Source: an uncultured Alphaproteobacteria bacterium
Lineage (GTDB): Bacteria > Pseudomonadota > Alphaproteobacteria > Rhizobiales > Xanthobacteraceae
Length of the DNA stretch: 64,000 bases
Assembly (NCBI GenBank): GCA_963746065.1
Contig: CAVUZP010000001.1
Span: 1,453,564-1,517,563 of the forward strand
Direction: 5' to 3'
Shown here: positions 30,058 through 40,674 of the stretch, in pieces
How positions within the stretch are numbered: the stretch's first letter is position 1
How the letters are laid out: every line of letters begins with the position of its first letter
Position numbers and translations under genes: made by a program
Notes under the pieces: generated by a model
Seen by the model: the letters and a program-made list of their open reading frames with translations, nothing else
The model's database searches: none
What the model was told of the DNA's origin: nothing

Positions 30058-31797
30058 ATGTCCGCAGTCGTCCACAGCATTGATGCGCTCCCCGCCGAAG
30101 CCGAGCGGGAACTGACCGACGGTTTCAACCTGGTGATCGATGCACTCAAGCTCAACGGCATCGCCACCCTCTATGCGGTGCCGGGCATCCCGATCACCGA
30201 TCTCGGCCGCATGGCGCAGGCCGCGGGCATCCGGGTGGTCTCGTTCCGCCACGAGCAGAGCGCCGGCAACGCGGCGGCGATCGCGGGGTTCCTGAACAAG
30301 AAGCCGGGCGTCTGCCTTACGGTGTCGGCTCCGGGCTTTCTCAACGGTCTGACGGCGCTCGCCAACGCCACCACCAACTGCTTCCCGATGATCCTGATTT
30401 CGGGCTCTTCGGAGCGCGAGATCGTCGATCTGCAGCAGGGCGACTATGAGGAGATGGACCAGCTCGCGATCGCCAAGCCGCTGTGCAAGGCGGCGTTCCG
30501 CGTGCTGCACGCCGCCGATATCGGAATTGGGCTGGCACGGGCTATCCGCGCGGCGGTGTCCGGCCGTCCCGGCGGCGTCTATCTCGACCTGCCCGGCAAG
30601 CTGTTCTCCCAGGTCATTGACGCCGAGGCCGGCACGAAGTCGCTGGTCAAGGTCGTCGACCCCGCGCCGGCGCAGATCCCATCGGATACCGCGATCAAGC
30701 GCGCGCTCGATCTGCTGCGGCGGGCAAAGCGTCCGCTGATCATCCTCGGCAAGGGCGCGGCCTATGCCCAGGCCGACGACGACATCCGCACGCTGGTCGA
30801 GAAGACCGGCGCCCCGTTCCTGCCGATGAGCATGGCCAAGGGATTGTTGCCCGACACCCATCCGCAATGCGCTGGCGCGGCCCGTTCGACGGTGCTGAAG
30901 GATGCCGACGTGGTGCTGCTGATCGGCGCCCGGCTCAACTGGCTGTTGTCGCATGGCAAGGGAAAAAGCTGGGGCGAGGCGCCGAAGAAATTCATCCAGA
31001 TCGACATCGAGCCGCGGGAGATGGACAGCAATGTCGAGATCGTCGCCCCGGTGGTCGGCGACATCGGCTCCTGCGTCGCCGCCCTGCTCGCCGCGATGGG
31101 CCCGAACTGGCCGGCCGCGCCGGCCGACTGGATCGAGACCGTCGGTTCGAAACGGACGGAAAACATCGCCAAGATGGCGCCCCGGCTGATGAACAACAAG
31201 TCGCCGATGGACTACCACGGTGCGCTCGGCGCGCTGCGCACCATCATCAAGGAGCGGCCCGACGCCATCCTGGTCAACGAGGGCGCCAACACCCTCGACC
31301 TGGCGCGCGGCATCATCGACATGTACCAGCCGCGCAAGCGGCTCGACGTCGGCACCTGGGGCGTCATGGGAATCGGCATGGGATTTGCGATTGCCGCCGC
31401 GATCGAGACCGGCAAGCCGGTGCTCGCGATCGAGGGCGACAGCGCCTTCGGCTTCTCCGGCATGGAAGTCGAGACGATCTGCCGCTACCGCCTGCCGGTC
31501 TGTGTCGTTGTCTTCAATAATGACGGCATCTACCGTGGGACCGATGTCAATGCATCCGGCACGTCGGATGTCGCGACCACCGTCTTTGTCAAGGGCTCGC
31601 GCTACGACCGGATGATGGAGGCGTTCGGCGGGGTCGGCGTCAACGTCACCACCCCCGACGAATTGCGACGTGCCGTGAACCAGGCCATGGATTCCGGCAA
31701 GCCCACGCTGATCAACGCGGTGATCGACCCCGCCGCGGGCAGCGAGAGCGGCCGGATCGGCAACCTCAATCCGCAAAGCCGGATCCGGAAGAAATGA
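30058..31797 (+). CDS. oxc: Oxalyl-CoA decarboxylase
   Basis: [46 protein letters not shown] and [12 protein letters not shown]. Confidence 0.96.
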   Translation: MSAVVHSIDALPAEAERELTDGFNLVIDALKLNGIATLYAVPGIPITDLGRMAQAAGIRVVSFRHEQSAGNAAAIAGFLNKKPGVCLTVSAPGFLNGLTALANATTNCFPMILISGSSEREIVDLQQGDYEEMDQLAIAKPLCKAAFRVLHAADIGIGLARAIRAAVSGRPGGVYLDLPGKLFSQVIDAEAGTKSLVKVVDPAPAQIPSDTAIKRALDLLRRAKRPLIILGKGAAYAQADDDIRTLVEKTGAPFLPMSMAKGLLPDTHPQCAGAARSTVLKDADVVLLIGARLNWLLSHGKGKSWGEAPKKFIQIDIEPREMDSNVEIVAPVVGDIGSCVAALLAAMGPNWPAAPADWIETVGSKRTENIAKMAPRLMNNKSPMDYHGALGALRTIIKERPDAILVNEGANTLDLARGIIDMYQPRKRLDVGTWGVMGIGMGFAIAAAIETGKPVLAIEGDSAFGFSGMEVETICRYRLPVCVVVFNNDGIYRGTDVNASGTSDVATTVFVKGSRYDRMMEAFGGVGVNVTTPDELRRAVNQAMDSGKPTLINAVIDPAAGSESGRIGNLNPQSRIRKK

Positions 31798-31875
31798 TCA
31801 ATCGGGGCGCCGGCAAAGGCCGCGCCTACGCCATACGGCTGAGGCCGCACCATTGAGACGATACGGAGCAAGACG

Positions 31876-33153
31876 ATGACCAAGGCGTTAAAGGGCGTTC
31901 GCATTCTCGATTTCACCCACGTCCAGTCGGGACCGACCTGCACGCAATTGCTGGCGTGGTTCGGCGCCGACGTGATCAAGGTGGAGCGTCCGGGCGTCGG
32001 CGATATCACCCGCGGCCAGTTGCAGGACGTGCCCAATGCCGACAGCCTGTACTTCACCATGCTCAACCACAACAAGCGTTCGATCACGCTCGACACCAAG
32101 AACCCGAAGGGCAAGGAGGTGCTGACCGCGCTGATGAAGACCTGCGACGTGCTGGTCGAGAATTTCGGCCCCGGCGTGCTGGACCGCATGGGATTTCCCT
32201 GGGAGAAGATCCAGAGCATCAACCCGAAGCTGATCGTGGCCTCGATCAAGGGGTTCGGCCCCGGCCCCTATCAGGACTGCAAGGTGTATGAGAACGTCGC
32301 GCAATGCACCGGCGGCGCCGCGTCCACCACCGGCTTCCGTGACGGGCTGCCGTTGGTCACCGGCGCGCAGATCGGCGACAGCGGCACCGGGCTGCATCTG
32401 GCACTCGGCATCGTCACCGCGCTCTACCAGCGCACCGTCAGCGGACGCGGACAGCGTGTCACCGCGGCGATGCAGGATGGCGTGCTCAACCTCGCGCGCG
32501 TCAAACTGCGCGACCAGCAGCGCCTCGCCCATGGTCCGCTGAAGGAATACAGCCAGTTCGGCGAAAACATCCCGTTCGGCGAAGCGGTACCGCGCGCCGG
32601 CAACGATTCCGGCGGAGGTCAGCCCGGCCGCATCCTCAAATGCAAGGGCTGGGAGACCGATCCCAACGCCTACATCTACTTCATCACCCAGGCCGCGGTT
32701 TGGGAGAAGATCTGTGACGTCATCGGCGAACCCGGTTGGAAGACCCACCCCGACTACGCCAAGCCGGCGGCCCGGCTGCCGCGGCTGAACGAGATTTTCG
32801 CCCGCATCGAGCAATGGACCATGACCAAGAGCAAGTTCGAGGCGATGGACATTCTCAACCGCGACGACATTCCCTGCGGGCCGATCCTCTCAATGAAGGA
32901 ACTGGCCGAGGACGCCTCGCTGCGCGCCACCGGCACCGTGGTCGAGGTCGATCATCCCGAGCGCGGCAAGTATCTGTCGGTCGGCAATCCCATCAAGCTG
33001 TCGGACAGCCCCACCGAGGTGAAGCGTTCGCCCCTGCTCGGCGAGCATACCGACGAGATTTTGCGGGAGGTGCTCGGCTTCAGCGACCATCAGGTCAGCG
33101 AGATTCACGATTCCGGAGCGCTCGATCCGCCCCGCAAGGTCGCCGCCGAATAG
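31876..33153 (+). CDS. frc: Formyl-CoA:oxalate CoA-transferase
   Basis: [33 protein letters not shown], catalytic IGDSGTG and GGGQPG loop. Confidence 0.96.
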   Translation: MTKALKGVRILDFTHVQSGPTCTQLLAWFGADVIKVERPGVGDITRGQLQDVPNADSLYFTMLNHNKRSITLDTKNPKGKEVLTALMKTCDVLVENFGPGVLDRMGFPWEKIQSINPKLIVASIKGFGPGPYQDCKVYENVAQCTGGAASTTGFRDGLPLVTGAQIGDSGTGLHLALGIVTALYQRTVSGRGQRVTAAMQDGVLNLARVKLRDQQRLAHGPLKEYSQFGENIPFGEAVPRAGNDSGGGQPGRILKCKGWETDPNAYIYFITQAAVWEKICDVIGEPGWKTHPDYAKPAARLPRLNEIFARIEQWTMTKSKFEAMDILNRDDIPCGPILSMKELAEDASLRATGTVVEVDHPERGKYLSVGNPIKLSDSPTEVKRSPLLGEHTDEILREVLGFSDHQVSEIHDSGALDPPRKVAAE

Positions 33154-33261
33154 CAGCTGGGATATCCTGCGCTCTCGTGACCAAATGATGCGGACCGAGA
33201 GATACCGCCACCGATCGAGGGACCAGGTTTGCCGTTCGCCACGGAGAAATCGGTGCCGTGT

Positions 33262-33297
33262 CCCCACCCCGACCTTCGCCGCAAGCGGGAGAAGGAG
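33262..33297. repeat. Short intergenic palindromic repeat unit
   Basis: CCCCACCCCGACCTTCGCCGCAAGCGGGAGAAGGAG resembles a common rhizobial intergenic hairpin repeat (recollection). Confidence 0.45.
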
Positions 33298-33402
33298 TGC
33301 ACCGGTTTTGAACAGGATGTGGCATCGCAGGGCTGCTGATGCCGTTGTCAGCACTGCCGCGTGCTCAATAGGCGACCTCTGAGCAATCCAGGTCTCGACA
33401 AT

Positions 33403-33424
33403 TGTCTATACAAAAGTATTGACA
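33403..33424. promoter_or_regulatory. Inverted-repeat operator of the toxin-antitoxin pair
   Basis: TGTCTATAC-AAAA-GTATTGACA (one mismatch), overlapping the toxin start. Confidence 0.65.
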
Positions 33425-33712
33425 TACCGAGGGGCGACTGCATATGAGTTCGACTGGCACGCCGCCAAATGCACCAGGAATATCGCGGAGCGCGCTATCG
33501 ATTTCGCCGACATGGTGGTGGCCTTTGTCGATCCGAACCGCAGGGTGGCTGAAGACGCCCGCAAGAATTACGGCGAGACCCGTTTCAACATGCTCGCCAA
33601 GGTCGAAGGCAGGATTTTTCACATCACCTACACGGAACGCGGCAAGATTACCTGGATCACCTCTGCCCGAAAGGCAAATAAACGGGAGCAGCGCCGCTAT
33701 GAGAAAGGCTGA
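33419..33712 (+). CDS. brnT: BrnT-family toxin (ribonuclease)
   Basis: FDWHAAK..NIAERAIDF, YGETR and ITSARKANKREQRRY. Start codon uncertain. Confidence 0.85.
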   Translation: MTYRGATAYEFDWHAAKCTRNIAERAIDFADMVVAFVDPNRRVAEDARKNYGETRFNMLAKVEGRIFHITYTERGKITWITSARKANKREQRRYEKG

Positions 33713-34049
33713 CAAGACAGTCGTTGTCCTGGTCGACGGCAAGCCCTATCGAAGGAAAGCAGACGGGAGCTTGTTGCCACTGGCGGCGGGCAGGACCGAC
33801 TGGAAACGTCTTGATCGCTTGACCTCAAAGCAGATAGAGGCGACTGCTGCCGTCGATAAGGACGGTGCGCCCATGACGGACGAGGAATGGGCCCGGGCAG
33901 AGATTGCAATGCCTCAGAAGGTCTCTGTGGGTCTTAGACTCGATAGCGATATGCTCGACTGGTACAAGTCGGGAGGTAAGGGCTATCAGACCCGGATCAA
34001 TACGATCTTGCGTCGCTATTTCGAGACGCATCGCAAAGCGAGCCAGTGA
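33699..34049 (+). CDS. brnA: BrnA-family antitoxin
   Basis: RTDWKRL and C-terminal LRLDSDMLDWYKSGGKGYQTRINTILR; overlaps the toxin 3' end. Confidence 0.88.
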   Translation: MRKADKTVVVLVDGKPYRRKADGSLLPLAAGRTDWKRLDRLTSKQIEATAAVDKDGAPMTDEEWARAEIAMPQKVSVGLRLDSDMLDWYKSGGKGYQTRINTILRRYFETHRKASQ

Positions 34050-34152
34050 ATCGGTATCGCACCGAACACGTCCAACAATCAGAGATCGGGATCGTCACGG
34101 CGTTGCCATCGCAGGTACGCGGCAGTTATCGGGTTTGGTCCAAAAGGTCCGG

Positions 34153-34300
34153 CAGGCGGTCACCACCTGGGCAGGCCCACCCTCGCACCCGGTCACCACC
34201 CGGGCAGACCCAGCGGCACCCCGGTCACCTCCCGGTTAGATCCGCCCGAGCGCCCGGTCACCGTCTGATCGTGTCGCCTGACGCCCGGTCACCGCCCGGA
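34153..34300. repeat. Array of five degenerate 31-33-nt units sharing CGGTCACC
   Basis: CGGTCACC starts at 34157, 34190, 34222, 34255 and 34286; each can form a short stem with a 7-nt TCACCNY loop. Confidence 0.8.
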
Positions 34301-34458
34301 CTCCGGTACGCTCAATCCCGCACGAGGTGAGGACCGAGAGCCAAAGCAATGAAATCCAGTGCGTTTTTGGCCCAAAGTCGCTGTCGTCCGGTACCAGCTC
34401 GAGAACGATGCTGCGTTGCACCACGAAAATTGCTGCTATGCAAACAAATTCATTGTGG

Positions 34459-34475
34459 TGGTATCTGGTATACAT
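34459..34475. promoter_or_regulatory. 17-bp operator, site 3
   Basis: TGGTAT-CTGGT-ATACAT upstream of the 45-aa ORF. Confidence 0.6.
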
Positions 34476-34534
34476 TAAATCGGGGGCATCGGAGTTGAAG
34501 CCGGGCACTGCCGCCCGCGAACCAGAGAGTGACC

Positions 34535-34672
34535 ATGTCCAAAGCCGCCACCATTGCCCTGCCCGTTACCGACACCATGATCAGCCGCGTCCTGGCAAAG
34601 ATCGACCGCGTGCTGATGGCGTGGGCCGAATCGAACATCCGCAATGGCGACGTGCCCTATATCGGTCTCTGA
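34535..34672 (+). CDS. Small 45-aa hypothetical protein (below the ORF-track cutoff)
   Basis: MSKAATIALPVTDTMISRVLAKIDRVLMAWAESNIRNGDVPYIGL; AGAGAG upstream, GC-rich third positions, downstream terminator. Confidence 0.65.
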   Translation: MSKAATIALPVTDTMISRVLAKIDRVLMAWAESNIRNGDVPYIGL

Positions 34673-34735
34673 TACACGAAGGTCTCTCGGCCCCGGCACT
34701 CTCGTTGCCGAAGCGATCACGTTCTCATCCATCTT

Positions 34736-34772
34736 AATGGCTCCGCATTTCCTGCGGAGCCATTTGCATTTT
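34736..34772 (+). terminator. Intrinsic terminator
   Basis: AATGGCTCCGCA-TTTCC-TGCGGAGCCATT followed by TGCATTTT. Confidence 0.65.
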
Positions 34773-34844
34773 GCGATCGATCCGGAGTGTCGCGGACGGT
34801 AGCTGCGGCATTTCCGCCCACCGCGCCTCTCCTCTCTTGAGCGT

Positions 34845-34861
34845 TGGCATACGCAATACAA
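34845..34861. promoter_or_regulatory. 17-bp operator, site 4
   Basis: TGGCAT-ACGCA-ATACAA upstream of oxlT copy 1. Confidence 0.55.
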
Positions 34862-34917
34862 CAATGCTCGACGGCGCTCGTCACCGATGACGGGCGGCCG
34901 CTTTGGGGGGAGATTCT

Positions 34918-36204
34918 ATGACAGACACGGTGCGCACGACGGTGCCCACGAGCGCGCGCGTCAGCGACGGCTATCGCTGGACGCAATTGGTGATCGGTAT
35001 CGCCGCCATGGTGATGATCGCCAATTATCAATATGGCTGGACGTTCTTCGTCCCCGACATCCAGAAAACATTCGGATGGGACCGCGCGTCGATCCAGTGG
35101 GCATTCACGCTCTTCGTTCTGTTCGAAACCTGGCTGGTGCCCGTCGAAGGCTGGTTTGTCGACAAGTATGGTCCGCGCCTCGTCGTCCTCATCGGCGGCG
35201 TGCTTTGCGCCGTTGGCTGGGTCATCAACGCCCACGCCACGTCGCTTAGCGGCTATTACCTCGGCATGATCATTGCCGGCATCGGCGCGGGCGGCGTCTA
35301 TGGTACCTGCGTCGGCAACGCGCTGAAGTGGTTTCCGGACAAGCGCGGTCTCGCCGCCGGCCTGACCGCGGCCGGATTCGGCGCAGGGTCGGCGCTGACG
35401 GTCGCGCCGATCCAGGCGATGATCAAGGATTCCGGTTTCCAGGCGACGTTTCTGTATTTCGGCCTTGGGCAGGGCATCATCGTCATGATCCTGGCCTTCT
35501 TCCTGCTCGCGCCGAGACCGGGACAGGTGCCCGCCCCCGTGCAGCGGGTCAACCTGCTGCAGAGCCGCCGCGACTATCAGCCGACCGAGGTACTGGGTCA
35601 GCCCATCTTCTGGCTGATGTACTTCATGTTCGTGATCGTGGGCGCCGGCGGGCTGATGGTGACGGCCAATCTGAAGCCGATCGCCCTCGACTGGAAGGTC
35701 GACAGCATTCCGGTGACGCTGGCCGGGATTACCATGACCACGGTGACATTCGCCGCCACCATCGATCGGGTTCTCAACGGATTGACGCGACCGTTCTTCG
35801 GCTGGATCTCCGACATGATCGGTCGCGAGAACACCATGTTCATCGCTTTCGGCTTCGAAGGCCTCGGCATCTGGGCGCTGTACGCGCTCGGGCATGATCC
35901 GGTCTGGTTCGTGATCCTGTCGGGTCTCGTTTTCTTTGCCTGGGGCGAGATCTACTCGCTGTTCCCATCGACCTGCACCGACACGTTCGGGTCGAAATTC
36001 GCGACCACCAACGCCGGTCTGCTTTATACGGCCAAGGGAACGGCAGCCCTGCTCGTTCCCCTCGCCAATCATGTGCAGCAGACCACCGGAAGCTGGGACA
36101 AGGTTTTCATCATCGCAGCATGCGCCAACATCCTGGCGTCGCTGCTCGCGATCCTCGTGCTCAAACCCTGGCGCAAGCGCGTCGTGGCGCAGGCAACCGG
36201 CTAG
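34918..36204 (+). CDS. oxlT: Oxalate/formate antiporter family MFS, copy 1
   Basis: MIANYQYGWT, KWFPDKRGLAAG, RPFFGWISD, WGEIYSLFP and LYTAKG. Confidence 0.88.
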   Translation: MTDTVRTTVPTSARVSDGYRWTQLVIGIAAMVMIANYQYGWTFFVPDIQKTFGWDRASIQWAFTLFVLFETWLVPVEGWFVDKYGPRLVVLIGGVLCAVGWVINAHATSLSGYYLGMIIAGIGAGGVYGTCVGNALKWFPDKRGLAAGLTAAGFGAGSALTVAPIQAMIKDSGFQATFLYFGLGQGIIVMILAFFLLAPRPGQVPAPVQRVNLLQSRRDYQPTEVLGQPIFWLMYFMFVIVGAGGLMVTANLKPIALDWKVDSIPVTLAGITMTTVTFAATIDRVLNGLTRPFFGWISDMIGRENTMFIAFGFEGLGIWALYALGHDPVWFVILSGLVFFAWGEIYSLFPSTCTDTFGSKFATTNAGLLYTAKGTAALLVPLANHVQQTTGSWDKVFIIAACANILASLLAILVLKPWRKRVVAQATG

Positions 36205-36236
36205 ATAGGCAGTTCGCCCCTGACCCAGGAACTGAT

Positions 36237-36268
36237 GATGCGCCCGGCCTTCGCCGGGCGCATCTTTT
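36237..36268 (+). terminator. Intrinsic terminator
   Basis: GATGCGCCCGGC-CTTC-GCCGGGCGCATC-TTTT. Confidence 0.85.
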
Positions 36269-36358
36269 GTGCGCGCGCTCCAAATTTGCACGCCAAGCGT
36301 CTCGTTCGAACTGCTGAGTGCAACTGTTGCACTGCAGCAGAGAAAGCGGCTTGCATCT

Positions 36359-36375
36359 TGGAATATGATATACCA
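36359..36375. promoter_or_regulatory. 17-bp operator, site 5
   Basis: TGGAAT-ATGAT-ATACCA after TTGCAT, upstream of oxlT copy 2. Confidence 0.65.
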
Positions 36376-36465
36376 AGGTCGAAATATTGCGACGTTAGGT
36401 CTCACCCTTGCGACGCTAGGTCACAGAGCAAAAAACAACGCGGTAGCGAGCGAAGGAGGAAGCAA

Positions 36466-37737
36466 ATGGCGATTGCAGCTCAACTGGACGGGCGTCCGGT
36501 CGCAATGCAGACGACGCGGTGGACGATACTCACCTTTGCCATCCTCTGCATGGTGATGATCGCCAACCTGCAATATGGCTGGACGCTTTTCGTCAATCCC
36601 ATCGCGACGAAGCATGGCTGGTCGATCGCCGCGATCCAGCTGTCGTTCAGCATCTTCATCGCGCTCGAGACCTGGCTCACTCCGATCGAGGGCTGGATCG
36701 TCGATCAGCTCGGCGCACGCGGACCGAAGATCATCGTCGCGTTGGGAGGAATCCTGGTCGGGATCGGCTGGGTGATAAACTCGTATGCTGATACGCTGAC
36801 CGCGCTCTATCTCGGCGCAGTGGTCGGCGGCATCGGAGGTGGCGCGGTCTATGCCACCTGTGTCGGCCTTGCCGTCAAATGGTTTCCCGATCGGCGCGGG
36901 CTTGCGGTGGGTCTCACCGCCGCCGGTTACGGTGCGGGCGCGGCGCTGACCGTCATTCCCATTCGCTATGTGATCAGCACCAGCGGCTATGAAGCAGCCT
37001 TCCTGTGGTTCGGACTTGTCCAAGGCACCGTCGTCTTCATTCTCGCGTGGTTCTTGCGGGCGCCGGAACCCGGCGAGACGGCTGCCGCGCCCCCGTCGAA
37101 AGTCTCCCAATCATCGCGAAATTACACTCCGATGGAGGTGCTGGCTTCGCCGATCTTCTGGATTCTCTACATCATGTTCGTGATGGTCTCGGCCAGCGGC
37201 CTGATGGCAACAGCCCAGATCGCGCCGATCGCCAAGGACTTCAACGTTGCCAACACCGTCATCTTCTTCGGCGCCTCCACCCTCACGGCGGCGCTGATCA
37301 TCGACAGCGTTGCCAACGGCGCGGCGCGTCCGCTGTTCGGCTGGGTTTCGGACCAGATCGGTCGGGAGTACACCATGGCGCTGGCGTTCGGCCTGGGAGC
37401 CGCGGCCTACTGGCTGCTCGGGACCCTTGGCACCGCGCCCTGGGCTTTCGTGCTCTTTGCAGCGCTGATCTTCCTGACCTGGGGCGAGATCTTCAGCCTG
37501 TTCCCCTCGACCTGCACCGACACGTTCGGACCCAAATTCGCCACGGTGAATCTCAGCCTGCTCTATACCGCGAAGGGCACTTCCGCCTTCCTCGTCCCCG
37601 TCGCTAACATGATCAAGGCATCGACCGGCAGTTGGCACCTGGTGTTCCTGCTCACAGCGGCGATGAACGTCATCGTCGTCGGCGTTGCGCTGTTCGTCCT
37701 CAAGCCGCTGCGCGCGCGAATGATGGCGCAGAGCTGA
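36466..37737 (+). CDS. oxlT: Oxalate/formate antiporter family MFS, copy 2
   Basis: MIANLQYGWT, KWFPDRRGLAVG, WGEIFSLFP and LYTAKG; RBS AGGAGG. Confidence 0.86.
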   Translation: MAIAAQLDGRPVAMQTTRWTILTFAILCMVMIANLQYGWTLFVNPIATKHGWSIAAIQLSFSIFIALETWLTPIEGWIVDQLGARGPKIIVALGGILVGIGWVINSYADTLTALYLGAVVGGIGGGAVYATCVGLAVKWFPDRRGLAVGLTAAGYGAGAALTVIPIRYVISTSGYEAAFLWFGLVQGTVVFILAWFLRAPEPGETAAAPPSKVSQSSRNYTPMEVLASPIFWILYIMFVMVSASGLMATAQIAPIAKDFNVANTVIFFGASTLTAALIIDSVANGAARPLFGWVSDQIGREYTMALAFGLGAAAYWLLGTLGTAPWAFVLFAALIFLTWGEIFSLFPSTCTDTFGPKFATVNLSLLYTAKGTSAFLVPVANMIKASTGSWHLVFLLTAAMNVIVVGVALFVLKPLRARMMAQS

Positions 37738-37757
37738 GAAGGAATGCTAGGTCATTG

Positions 37758-37790
37758 AAAGGGCGCACTCTCGTGCGCCCTTTTTGTTTT
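37758..37790 (+). terminator. Intrinsic terminator
   Basis: AAAGGGCGCAC-TCTC-GTGCGCCCTTT followed by TTGTTTT. Confidence 0.85.
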
Positions 37791-37860
37791 GGACCGGCGA
37801 AAGCGACAGGTTAGCTGACGCAAAAATCGCATCACGCGCGCGCAAATCTGGTTTGACTTT

Positions 37861-37877
37861 TGGCATAATGTATACCA
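37861..37877. promoter_or_regulatory. 17-bp operator, site 6
   Basis: TGGCAT-AATGT-ATACCA, just after TTGACT at 37853. Confidence 0.7.
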
Positions 37878-37924
37878 CTGTTTAGACAGATCTGGAGAAC
37901 CCGACCTACTGAATGGAGGTTGCA

Positions 37925-39545
<1,621 letters not shown>

Positions 39546-39577
39546 CCGCCTCCCCTCGCCAACAGCAGAGCATGAAC

Positions 39578-40552
39578 ATGAAGGCCTTCGTCTACGGCGC
39601 CCGTGGCGCCGAAATCACCGAGGTCGCAAAGCCGGCGCCGAAGGGAACCCAGGTGCTGGTGCGGGTTCGCGCCTGCGGCCTCAACCGCGCCGACCTTGGC
39701 ATGACCAAGGGCCACGCCCATGGCGGCGCCGGCGGCATCGGCACCGTGCTCGGCATGGAATGGGCCGGCGAAATCGCCGAGCTCGGTCCCGAGGCCAAAG
39801 GCGTCAAGGTCGGCGACCGCGTGATGGGGTCGGGCGGCGCCGCGTTCGCCGAATACACGCTGGCCGATCACGGCCGGCTGTTTCACATCCCCGGCAACAG
39901 CAACATGAGCTACCAGGACGCCGCCACCCTGCCCGTCGCGCTCGCCACCATGCACAATGCGGTCGTGACCAACGGCGCCCTGCAGCCGGGTCAGTCGGTG
40001 CTGATTCAGGGAGCGAGTTCGGGCGTCGGCCTGATGGCGATGCAGATCGCCCGGCTGAAGGGCGCCAGCACCGTGATCGGCTCCTCGACCGATGCTGCCC
40101 GGCGCGGACGGCTGAAGGAATTCGGCGCCGACCTGGCGATCGATTCCAGCGACCCCGGCTGGGTCAGGCAGGTGCTGGACGCGACCGGTGGTGAAGGGGT
40201 GGACCTGATCGTCGACCAGGTTTCGGGCAAGGTCGCCAACCAGAATCTCGCCGCCACCAGGATCAGGGGACGCATTGTCAATGTCGGCAGGCTCGGCGGC
40301 ACCCATGGCGACTTCAACTTCGACCTGCATGCCGCACGCCGCATCAACTATATCGGTGTCACCTTCCGCACCCGCTCGATCGAGGAGATCCGCGCGATCT
40401 TCGACGCCGTACGCGACGACATCTGGCCCGAGGTGGAATCGCGCACACTGCAACTGCCGATCGACAAGGTGTTCGCCTTCGCCGACATCGGCGAAGCGTT
40501 CGACCGCATGGAGGCCAACCGGCATTTCGGCAAGATCGTCGTCACCTTGTAG
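39578..40552 (+). CDS. MDR-family (zinc-binding-type) oxidoreductase
   Basis: CGLNRAD, GMEWAG, QGASSGVG and HFGKIVV. Confidence 0.85.
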   Translation: MKAFVYGARGAEITEVAKPAPKGTQVLVRVRACGLNRADLGMTKGHAHGGAGGIGTVLGMEWAGEIAELGPEAKGVKVGDRVMGSGGAAFAEYTLADHGRLFHIPGNSNMSYQDAATLPVALATMHNAVVTNGALQPGQSVLIQGASSGVGLMAMQIARLKGASTVIGSSTDAARRGRLKEFGADLAIDSSDPGWVRQVLDATGGEGVDLIVDQVSGKVANQNLAATRIRGRIVNVGRLGGTHGDFNFDLHAARRINYIGVTFRTRSIEEIRAIFDAVRDDIWPEVESRTLQLPIDKVFAFADIGEAFDRMEANRHFGKIVVTL

Positions 40553-40674
40553 CTTTCGGCCCTGATGCAGGCAGGCAGGAACCGCTCGCAACGGTTCCTG
40601 CTGCAAGTGAGTTGCGGTCGCGCATCGGGCCGGCGCGCTTTTATGTTGCATGGCGGGCTGCTAAACCCGCGACC

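Noticed and set aside
34153-34300. Array read as a CRISPR or type III antitoxin array
   Set aside because: The conserved core is only 8-10 nt, the linkers resemble each other, no cas or toxN gene is present, and the array lies downstream of a type II pair.
34046-34330. 94-aa ORF with three RSPPG repeats (arrest-peptide-like)
   Set aside because: The repeat period (33, 32, 33, 31) does not keep frame, so the motif is a by-product of the nucleotide repeat.
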